A stretch of 64,000 nt of DNA, from sequence record CP019900.1; one strand, 5' to 3'. Each line of letters begins with the position of its first letter. Position 1 is the first letter of the stretch. The stretch is from a plasmid. This document shows, one piece after another, positions 9,300 through 18,500 of the stretch. The position numbers and the translations under genes were made by a program. The notes below the pieces were generated by a model, which made no database searches, had not been told where the DNA came from, and was given only the letters and a program-made list of their open reading frames with translations.

Positions 9300-10133
9300 A
9301 TGTCACAGCTGAGTTTTGCCGATGTGTTCAATATGGCCAGAGAAACCGCGGATAACAGCCCTGTCATTCAGGCAGGGCAGCAGATCGCGGAACAGGTGCC
9401 TGCGGTTCATCGTATGATGAGCGAGCAGTACAGCCGGGGCCGTTTTATCAGCCTTTTTAAGGATATGGGCCGCCATCTGGGGCGCTGGGAAGTGTTCAGT
9501 GATTTTCTGTCACTCGCCGCCAGTGAGCTGGATATGGCCCGGATAAGAACGCCGGAGAGCATGGAGCACTGCCGGAAAATCTGCGCCCGGTACGAGGCCA
9601 CCGACATCGCGAACATGCAGGAAATGTTCTGCCTGATGGTGTGTGCGCTGGAAGCGAAATTTCATGATTTCCTCGGCGCGATTTTTATGGAGCTGGAGCT
9701 GGGTGATAACTTTCACGGGCAGTATTTTACGCCGTATTCCGTGCAGTGTCTGATGGCGCGAATGCTGATGCCAGGCGTCAGAGACACTATCCGCCGGGAA
9801 GGGATTGCCACCGTCAGCGATCCGGCGTGTGGGGCCGCCGGGATGCTGATCGCCTGTGCAGAGTGCCTGCTTGAAGCGGATATTAACCCCTCCATGCACA
9901 TGTTCGGCAGCTGCATTGACATCGATCCGGTGGCGGCAGATATGGCATTCATCCAGCTGTCACTGCTGGGGATAGCGGCGGAAGTGGTGACGGGCAATAC
10001 GCTCACGATGCAGTTCCGGCGGGTGAGGTATACCCCGGTTTACTACCTCAATGATTTTGAAAAACGACTGGCAGATCTGCGCCGGTTCAGGGCTATGCGG
10101 GACTTCATGCGCGGAATACAGGAGGCCGCGTAA
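9300..10133 (+). CDS. orphan DNA methyltransferase-like protein typical of IncF leading regions (antirestriction candidate)
   Basis: 278 aa from ATG after GGAG; motifs ...GQYFTPYSV... and ...DPACGAAGMLIA... resemble MTase motifs X/I; no cognate restriction gene nearby. Confidence 0.55.
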   Translation: MSQLSFADVFNMARETADNSPVIQAGQQIAEQVPAVHRMMSEQYSRGRFISLFKDMGRHLGRWEVFSDFLSLAASELDMARIRTPESMEHCRKICARYEATDIANMQEMFCLMVCALEAKFHDFLGAIFMELELGDNFHGQYFTPYSVQCLMARMLMPGVRDTIRREGIATVSDPACGAAGMLIACAECLLEADINPSMHMFGSCIDIDPVAADMAFIQLSLLGIAAEVVTGNTLTMQFRRVRYTPVYYLNDFEKRLADLRRFRAMRDFMRGIQEAA

Positions 10134-10631
10134 ATAACCGGAAGGGCAGGGGATAACCTGCCCGACTGCGCTGAAAGGCCGCAGCGCCTGTGGCGCTGAA
10201 TAATACCGGCTGCGCTACGCGCCGCCCGTATTACTCCGGCGCGGTATTATCTCATCAATATTCTTTATTCATCCCTGTTACATCGCTTCCGATATTCTGC
10301 TGTGTATCTCTTCTGCTATTTATCTCTGATGAGAAATTAAATAAATACTGACCCGGGCGTCGTCCCTGTCGGGACACGGCTGTCGTGAACAGAGCCAGCA
10401 AGCTGTCTCTGCCCTGTCGGGCTTCCATCCTGACGCAAATTCAAAATCTCGCTTGCTGCATCCTTATCAGGATGCGCCGCTCTCACCGTGGCGATAAATA
10501 CCCGCCACTCCAGGGCCTGAACGTGAATCCGATAAACACCGGATTGACGTTCAGGGTTGTGCGCATTCTCACTCCTGCTCGATATCGCCCGACTTCATCT
10601 TTCGCGGAGGGCTGCTTTTAGCATCAGCCGT

Positions 10632-10680
10632 GGAGGAAATAAAGGGGTATATGAACGCCGCGCGCCCCTTTATTTCCTCC
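10632..10680. promoter_or_regulatory. Perfect 16-bp stem hairpin GGAGGAAATAAAGGGG-N17-CCCCTTTATTTCCTCC just upstream of klcA
   Basis: direct reading. Confidence 0.6.
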
Positions 10681-10757
10681 CCGTCGGCTGCAAATTGCCC
10701 TTCGCCGCTCAGTGATGAAGTCGAACGTTTTAATAAACCGCGAAGGAGAAAATCAGT

Positions 10758-11288
10758 ATGCGCACAATGAAAGTCAACACCGCCACTCGTGAATCAGACG
10801 AACAGTTTAAAACAGACAAATATCTGCGCTGTGCCGTAACCAATGGGAAAGCTCGCCTGGATTTTATCCCGGACCTCTTTTTTACGCCGTTAGCCGATAA
10901 TATGGCCGCGAGCTGGTTACGCCAGCATTCTGAATACGACGGCGGTTCCTGGTCTTACTGGGTTATTCCACAGGGTGTCGGCGGGAATATTGCACCCAAC
11001 AGCATCCAGTTCATTACCACGCAGACCGGATATATCGCACCTGAAGGTGAGCAGCGTTACAGGATGTGCATCCCGGGAAATTATTTCGAAGGTGAGGTCA
11101 GCGCCGATGCGGCAGGCATTATTGCCACGCTGATGATTATGAACAGGTTGTCCTGGCACGTGGCTGAAATGGGGCCGCAATATGACCAGATCTGCAGGCG
11201 TCTGGTTTCACGGCAGGATGCACTGAAGGATTATATCAGCATTATTCAGCATCCCGAACGGCATTTAATATGGCGGGCAATTGATTAA
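10758..11288 (+). CDS. klcA: KlcA/ArdB-family antirestriction protein
   Basis: 176 aa; motif NYFEGEVSADAAGIIATLMIMNRLSW matches recalled KlcA/ArdB core; AAGGAG SD. Confidence 0.7.
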   Translation: MRTMKVNTATRESDEQFKTDKYLRCAVTNGKARLDFIPDLFFTPLADNMAASWLRQHSEYDGGSWSYWVIPQGVGGNIAPNSIQFITTQTGYIAPEGEQRYRMCIPGNYFEGEVSADAAGIIATLMIMNRLSWHVAEMGPQYDQICRRLVSRQDALKDYISIIQHPERHLIWRAID

Positions 11289-11325
11289 TCACTTCACTGT
11301 TCTGAAGACCTCATGAATGGGGTCT

Positions 11326-11805
11326 TCATTTTTTTGTTAAAGATGACTGGCCGGCATTTTTATTTTTCTTGATAGCCAGGTAGATGGCCTCAATCTTCCT
11401 GGCGTACTCCAGTCGTCGTATGGCCTGCCTGTCCGTTCTCCGGAACCCGGCATTGTAGGCGCCGACTGCCTCCCAGCTGACTCCCCATTTTTTAAAAGCC
11501 AGTGCCAGATAATAAGCACCGGTGTAAATATTCAGACAGGCATCAGTCAGAAGGTGTCCCGGTTTAATACCGTACTGCGACAGTTCACCCTGGTGTTGCG
11601 AGTCGATCTGCATCAGTCCGGCACCGTAGCCAGATCCCGGGTTTTTCCCGATGGCATTCACCTTCCATTTAGACTCCTGCCATGAAATAGCCCGCAGCAG
11701 ATCGGGATCTATTCGATAGTCCCGTCCTGCCATATCAAAACAATCCGCAGACCAGGCAGGCGTGGAAATTAAAAGCAGGGTAGCTAATACCAGTTGTTTT
11801 CTCAA
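11326..11805 (-). CDS. Lytic transglycosylase, orf169/X polypeptide (gene 19 homolog) adjacent to oriT
   Basis: 159 aa with signal peptide and SLT motifs ([19 protein letters not shown]); conserved position next to oriT in F-like plasmids. Confidence 0.85.
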   Translation of the reverse strand: MRKQLVLATLLLISTPAWSADCFDMAGRDYRIDPDLLRAISWQESKWKVNAIGKNPGSGYGAGLMQIDSQHQGELSQYGIKPGHLLTDACLNIYTGAYYLALAFKKWGVSWEAVGAYNAGFRRTDRQAIRRLEYARKIEAIYLAIKKNKNAGQSSLTKK

Positions 11806-11849
11806 AAGACTCCCTCCGGGTCGGTTCCTGCAAATACGTTAACCCAGAC

Positions 11850-12230
11850 CAGAACCAGACTCAACAGATATGCACTCCTCACCACAAAATCACCACACCC
11901 CACGCAAAATTAAAATTTTGCAGATTTATTATTTAAACCATAGAGTTATGCTCAACTAAATTACACTATCTTTCATTATGTAATATAAATATGAATCGCA
12001 GATGAATCGCTAACGATTCACTTATAAATCGTGGGTGAATCAGTAACGAATCAACCCTTATGAAATCTAGCTTTATTGGCGAATTGACTCTAGATTCAAT
12101 TCGTGGTGTGATTCGCCTTATGAATCGAGTTTCAAGGCGGTGAATCTAGATTCGAATCGCGAATTGAATCGTTGGTGAATCGTCTGAATTGGTTGGCTGT
12201 AAATAGTATCAAGATTTCTTTTTATATTAA
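11850..12230. other. oriT: oriT region: nic-site sequence (rc TTTGCGTGGGGTGTGGTG at about 11885-11905) and TraM-binding sbm repeats (GAATCG-containing arrays 11997-12180)
   Basis: nic-site motif of F-like plasmids read on the reverse strand; multiple short direct/inverted repeats with the GAATCG/CGATTC core. Confidence 0.7.
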
Positions 12231-12239
12231 GGGATGGAT

Positions 12240-12632
12240 ATGGCAAAGATACAGGCATATGTTAGCGATGAAGTTGCTGAAAAAATTAATGCCATTGTGG
12301 AGAAACGGAAAGCTGAGGGCGCCAGGGAGAAAGATGTTAGTTTTTCCAGTGTGTCTACGATGCTTGTCGAGTTAGGCTTGAGAGTTTATGAAGCGCAAAT
12401 GGAAAGGAAAGAAAGCGGCTTTAATCAGATGGCTTTCAATAAGGTTTTGCTTGAAACAGTTTTGAAGACACAATTTGCAACCAACAAAATTTTGGGAATT
12501 TCTTGTTTGAGTCCACATATCTCAGGTAACCAAAAATTTGAGTGGCGATTTATGATTGATAACATTCTGGAAGACACTAAAGAAGTGGTCGATACATTCT
12601 TTCCAGAATCAGAAGATGGTGACGAAGAGTAA
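12240..12632 (+). CDS. traM: TraM relaxosome accessory protein
   Basis: MAKIQAYVSDEVAEKINAIVEKRKAEGAREKDVSFS... matches recalled TraM. Confidence 0.85.
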   Translation: MAKIQAYVSDEVAEKINAIVEKRKAEGAREKDVSFSSVSTMLVELGLRVYEAQMERKESGFNQMAFNKVLLETVLKTQFATNKILGISCLSPHISGNQKFEWRFMIDNILEDTKEVVDTFFPESEDGDEE

Positions 12633-12774
12633 ACTACACAACATTAAGTTATCTAGATTATTAAACTAAAATATAAAAAATAAAAGCGGAATGATCTGCG
12701 TATTTTTAATGACAGGGAAGTGGGTTACATTTATCATAGTTTGAGAGGCTAAGGTCTCACAAAATTTGAGAATC

Positions 12775-12808
12775 GCTGATGTGAAGGGTTGGCCCCCTTC
12801 ACATCAGC
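12775..12808. promoter_or_regulatory. 14-bp stem hairpin GCTGATGTGAAGGG-N6-CCCTTCACATCAGC immediately before the IS903 junction (traM terminator-like)
   Basis: direct reading. Confidence 0.4.
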
Positions 12809-12813
12809 TGCCC

Positions 12814-13870
12814 GGCTTTGTTGAATAAATCGAACTTTTGCTGAGTTGAAGGATCAGATCACGCATCTTCCCGACAACGCAGACCGTTCCGTGGCAAAGC
12901 AAAAGTTCAAAATCACCAACTGGCCCACCTACAATAAAGCCCTCATCAACCGTGGCTCCATAACTTTCTGGCTGGATGATGAAGCTATTCAGGCCTGGTA
13001 TGAGTCAGCAACACCTTCTTCACGAGGCAGACCTCAGCGCTATTCTGACCTTGCCATCACGACTGTGCTGGTCATTAAACGCGTATTCAGGCTGACCCTG
13101 CGCGCTGCGCAGGGCTTTATTGATTCCATTTTTTCTCTGATGAACGTTCCGCTACGCTGCCCGGATTACAGCTGTGTCAGCAGGCGGGCAAAGTCGGTTA
13201 ATGTCAGTTTCAAAACGCCCACCCGGGGTGAAATCGCACACCTGGTAATTGATTCCACCGGGCTGAAGGTCTTCGGTGAAGGCGAGTGGAAAGTCAAAAA
13301 GCATGGCCAGGAACGCCGCCGTATCTGGCGTAAGCTGCATCTCGCCGTTGACAGTAAAACACATGAAATCATCTGTGCAGACCTGTCGCTGAACAATGTG
13401 ACGGACTCAGAAGCCTTCCCGGGTCTTATCCGGCAGACTCACAGAAAAATCAGGGCAGCATCGGCAGACGGCGCTTACGACACCCGGCTCTGTCACGATG
13501 AACTGCGGCGTAAGAAAATCAGCGCGCTTATCCCGCCCCGAAAAGGTGCGGGTTACTGGCCCGGTGAATATGCAGACCGTAACCGTGCAGTGGCTAATCA
13601 GCGAATGACCGGGAGTAATGCGCGGTGGAAATGGACAACAGATTACAACCGTCGCTCGATAGCGGAAACGGCGATGTACCGGGTAAAACAGCTGTTCGGG
13701 GGTTCACTGACGCTGCGTGACTACGATGGTCAGGTTGCGGAGGCTATGGCCCTGGTACGAGCGCTGAACAAAATGACGAAAGCAGGTATGCCTGAAAGCG
13801 TGCGTATTGCCTGAAAACACAACCCGCTACGGGGGAGACTTACCCGAAATCTGATTTATTCAACAAAGCC
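12814..13870 (+). mobile_element. IS903 (IS5 family) copy 1, 1057 bp, no target duplication
   Basis: terminal IRs GGCTTTGTTGAATAAATC at 12814 and its rc ending 13870; flanks CAGCTGCCC / GGCCATCAT differ. Confidence 0.9.
12846..13814 (+). CDS. IS903 transposase
   Basis: 322-aa ORF, recognised IS903/IS5-family transposase. Confidence 0.9.
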   Translation: MKDQITHLPDNADRSVAKQKFKITNWPTYNKALINRGSITFWLDDEAIQAWYESATPSSRGRPQRYSDLAITTVLVIKRVFRLTLRAAQGFIDSIFSLMNVPLRCPDYSCVSRRAKSVNVSFKTPTRGEIAHLVIDSTGLKVFGEGEWKVKKHGQERRRIWRKLHLAVDSKTHEIICADLSLNNVTDSEAFPGLIRQTHRKIRAASADGAYDTRLCHDELRRKKISALIPPRKGAGYWPGEYADRNRAVANQRMTGSNARWKWTTDYNRRSIAETAMYRVKQLFGGSLTLRDYDGQVAEAMALVRALNKMTKAGMPESVRIA

Positions 13871-13871
13871 G

Positions 13872-15536
13872 GCCATCATTTACGATCGCTCCTGTGAGTT
13901 CGTCAAAAGCTATTACGACCCGTCACTGGATAAAATCCTCAACCCGCTGGATTCGCGCTGCGCGGCCTGGGATTTGTGGAAAGAGTGCCTGACGCTGCCG
14001 GACTTCGACAACATCTCCAACACCCTTATCCCGATGGGTACCAAAGAAGACCCGTTCTGGCAGGGCTCCGGTCGCACTATCTTTGCCGAAGGCGCGTATC
14101 TGATGCGCGAAGACGACGATCGCAGCTACGAGAAGCTGGTCGATACCATGCTGTCCATTAAAATCGACAAGCTGCGCGCCTATCTGCAGAACACGCCGGC
14201 AGCGAATCTGGTTGAAGAGAAAATTGAGAAAACCGCCATCTCCATTCGTGCCGTGCTGACCAACTACGTCAAGGCTATTCGCTACCTGCAGGGCATCGAG
14301 AAGAACGGGGAACCGTTCACTATTCGGGACTGGATGCGCGGTGTCCGTGAGGACAGACCCAATGGCTGGCTGTTTATCTCCTCCAACGCTGACACCCATG
14401 CTTCCCTGAAGCCGGTTATCTCGATGTGGCTGTCAATTGCCATCCGCGGCCTGCTGGCGATGGGGGAGAACCGTAACCGGCGCGTGTGGATATTCGCCGA
14501 CGAGCTCCCCACGCTGCACAAGCTGCCTGACCTGGTCGAAATCCTCCCTGAGGCGCGTAAATTTGGTGGTTGTTATGTGTTCGGTATTCAGTCCTATGCC
14601 CAGCTGGAAGATATCTATGGCGTTAAGCCTGCCGCCACGCTCTTTGACGTAATGAATACCCGGGCCTTCTTCCGCTCCCCGAGTAAGGAGATCGCGGAGT
14701 TTGCTGCCGGTGAAATTGGCGAGAAGGAAATCCTCAAAGCCAGCGAGCAGTACTCTTACGGTGCTGACCCGGTGCGTGATGGTGTATCGACCGGGAAAGA
14801 AAAAGAGCGGGAAACGCTGGTCAGTTACTCCGATATTCAGACGCTGCCGGACCTGTCCTGTTACGTCACGCTGCCCGGACCGTATCCGGCCGTGAAGCTG
14901 GCCCTCAAATACAAGCCGCGTCCGAAAATTGCCGAGGGATTTATTCAGCGCCGACTCGATACGCGTGTTGACGCCCGCCTCAGTGCGCTGCTTGAAGCGC
15001 GTGAAGCTGAAGGCAGTCTTGCCAGGACGCTTTTTATGCCGGATGCGCCGGCATCCGGGCCCGCGGATACAAACAGTCACGCCGGTGAACAACCTGAGCC
15101 GATCAGTCAGCCTGCGCCAGCAGACATGACAGTATCTCCGGCACCGGTAAAAGCGCCGCCGACAACAAAGAGTCCGGCAGCGGAACCTTCCGTCAGAGCA
15201 ACGGAGCCTCCCGTCCTGCGGGTCACGACCGTACCGTTGATCAAACCAAAAGCAGCCGCAGCGGCCACTGCTGCCTCAACAGCATCCTCTGCCGGTGCCC
15301 CTGCAGCAGCTGCAGGCGGGACAGAACAGGAACTGGCGCAGCAGTCCGCAGAGCAGGGGCAGGACATGCTTCCGGCCGGCATGAACGAGGACGGTGTGAT
15401 TGAAGATATGCAGGCGTATGACGCCTGGGCAGATGAGCAGACACAGCGGGATATGCAGCGGCGTGAAGAGGTCAATATCAACCACAGCCACCGCCACGAT
15501 GAACAGGATGATGTCGAGATTGGGGGGAACTTCTGA
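13872..15536 (+). pseudogene. traD: traD 3' fragment (coupling protein lacking N-terminal transmembrane region and Walker A), fused to the IS903 end
   Basis: in-frame from IS boundary; ...[34 protein letters not shown]... through the C-terminal Q/P-rich tail match recalled TraD; start absent. Confidence 0.8.
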
Positions 15537-18500
15537 TGATGTCGATTGGCTCCGTTAAATCGGCGGGCAGTGCCGGTAATTACTATACGGATAAGGATAA
15601 TTACTACGTCATAGGGAGCATGGACGAACGCTGGCAGGGTAAGGGGGCTGAGGCGCTGGGGATCGACGGGAAAGCCGTGGATAAGGCGCTGTTTACGGAA
15701 CTGCTGAAAGGGAAGCTGCCGGATGGCAGCGACCTGACCCGGATACAGGACGGCGCCAACAAGCACCGGCCCGGTTATGACCTGACCTTCTCGGCCCCCA
15801 AAAGCGTGTCGGTCATGGCGATGCTGGGCGGCGATAAACGCCTTATCGATGCCCACAACCAGGCGGTAACCGAAGCGGTGCGGCAACTGGAGACGCTGGC
15901 CGCGACCCGGGCCATGACGGACGGTAAAAGCGAAACGGTGCTGACCGGAAATCTGATTGTGGCGAAATTCAACCACGACACGAACCGTAACCAGGAACCT
16001 CAGATACACACCCATGCCGTCGTCATTAACGCCACGCAGAACGGGGACAAATGGCAGTCTCTCGGCACAGATAAGATCGGTAAAACAGGTTTTATCGAAA
16101 ACGTGTACGCGAACCAGATAGCGTTCGGGAAGCTGTACCGGGAGGCGTTCAAACCCCTGGTTGAGAAGCTTGGCTATGAGACGGAAGTTGTGGGCAAACA
16201 CGGGATGTGGGAGATGAAAGGGGTCCCTGTGGAACCGTTCTCCACCCGGTCTCAGGAGGTCAGGGAGGCCGCAGGGCCCGATGCATCCCTGAAGTCCCGG
16301 GATGTGGCCGCGCTCGATACCCGCAAGTCGAAAGAAGCCATCGATCCGGCAGAGAAGATGGTGGAGTGGATGAACACGCTGAAGGAGACCGGATTTGACA
16401 TCCGGGGGTACCGTGAGGCCGCCGATGCGCGAGCCGCAGAGCTGGCCTGTGCACCTGCCGCGCCGGTGAACACTGACGGTCCGGATATCACGGATGTGGT
16501 GACGAAAGCGATTGCCGGTCTCAGCGACCGCAAGGTGCAGTTCACGTATGCCGACCTGCTGGCACGCACGGTCGGCCAGCTGGAGGCGAAGGACGGTGTG
16601 TTTGAGCTGGCGAGAAAGGGCATCGATGCCGCCATTGAACGGGAGCAGCTTATCCCTCTCGATCGCGAGAAAGGCCTGTTCACCTCAAACATCCACGTTC
16701 TCGATGAACTCGCCGTCAAAGCCCTGAGTCAGGAGGTGCAGCGCCATAATCATGTCTCAGTCACGCCTGATGCGTCTGTGGTGCGCCAGGTCCCTTTCAG
16801 CGATGCCGTCAGCGTGCTGGCGCAGGATCGCCCGGTAATGGGTATCGTTTCCGGTCAGGGCGGTGCAACCGGCCAGCGGGAGCGGGTGGCCGAGTTAACC
16901 CTGATGGCCCGGGAGCAGGGGCGTGACGTCCATATCCTGGCGGCCGATAACCGCTCACGTGATTTTCTCGCCGGTGATGTGCGTCTGGCCGGGGAAACGG
17001 TGACCGGTAAATCCGCCCTGCAGGACGGGACGGCGTTTATTCCAGGCGGAACACTCATCGTGGATCAGGCGGAGAAGCTGAGCCTGAAGGAAACGATTTC
17101 CCTGCTCGATGGCGCGATGCGCCATAACGTGCAGGTCCTGCTCTCCGACAGCGGGAAGCGCAGCGGGACCGGCAGCGCGCTGACGGTGCTGAAGGACAGC
17201 GGCGTGAATACGTATCGCTGGCAGGGTGGCCATCAGACCACAGCCGACATCATCAGTGAACCGGATAAAGGAGCACGCTACAGCCGGCTGGCACAGGAGT
17301 TTGCCGTCAGCGTGCGTGAAGGGCAGGAAAGCGTGGCCCAAATCAGCGGGACGCGTGAACAGAGCGTACTCAACGGCCTTATCCGTGACTCCCTCAGACA
17401 TGAGGGGGTGCTGGGTGAGAAAGACACGACCATTACAGCCCTGACGCCGGTGTGGCTGGACAGCAAAAGCCGGGGCGTGCGGGATTATTACCGGGAGGGG
17501 ATGGTGATGGAACGCTGGGATCCGGAGAACCGGACGCATGATCGCTTTGTCATTGACCGGGTGACCGCGAGCAGCAATATGCTGACCCTGAAAGACCGGG
17601 AAGGGGTCCGTCTGGATCTGAAGGTTTCCGCGGTCGACAGCCAGTGGACGCTGTTCCGGGCAGATACACTGCCGGTGGCAGAGGGGGAACGTCTGGCGGT
17701 GCTCGGGAAGATACCGGACACACGCCTGAAGGGCGGGGAAAGCATCACGGTGATGAAAGTGGAGGACGGGCAGCTGACGGTACAGCGGCCGGGGCAGAAA
17801 ACCACGCAGACCCTGGCCGTGGGCGCGGGCGTGTTTGACGGTATTAAAATCGGCCACGGCTGGGTGGAAAGTCCCGGCAGGTCGGTTAGCGAGACGGCAA
17901 CGGTCTTTGCGTCGGTGACGCAGCGTGAGCTGGATAACGCCACCCTCAACCAGCTGGCGCAGAGCGGAAGTCATCTCCGGCTGTACTCGGCGCAGGATGC
18001 TGCGCGCACGACTGAGAAGCTGTCGCGGCATACCGCCTTCAGCGTGGTCTCAGAGCAGCTGAAGACCCGATCCGGAGAGACGGACCTGGATGCGGCCATT
18101 GCGCAGCAGAAGGCCGGACTGCATACCCCGGCAGAACAGGCCATTCACCTGTCCATCCCGCTGCTAGAGAGCCAGGACCTGACCTTCACCCGCCCCCAGC
18201 TGCTGGCGACGGCACTGGAAACCGGGGGTGATAAGGTCCCGATGTGGTCTATTGAGATGACCATTAAGAAACAAATCAAGTCCGGACAGTTGCTGAATGT
18301 CGGTGTCTCCCCGGGCCACGGTAACGACCTGCTGATATCCCGTCAGACCTGGGATGCCGAGAAAAGCATCCTGACCCGGGTGCTGGAAGGCAAAGACGCG
18401 GTGGCCCCCCTGATGGACCGCGTGCCGGCCAGTCTGATGACGGACCTGACCGCCGGACAGCGGGCGGCGACCCGGATGATTCTGGAAACCCCGGACCGGT

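Noticed and set aside
12172-12375. 67-aa ORF overlapping the traM start
   Set aside because: Out-of-frame overlap with bona fide traM and the sbm repeats; no support.
13974-15536. ORF called as an intact 520-aa gene starting at Met 13974
   Set aside because: Alignment with TraD shows it is the C-terminal two-thirds of traD; the frame is open back to the IS903 end (13872) and the N-terminal TM/Walker A region is missing, so it is annotated as a truncated pseudogene.
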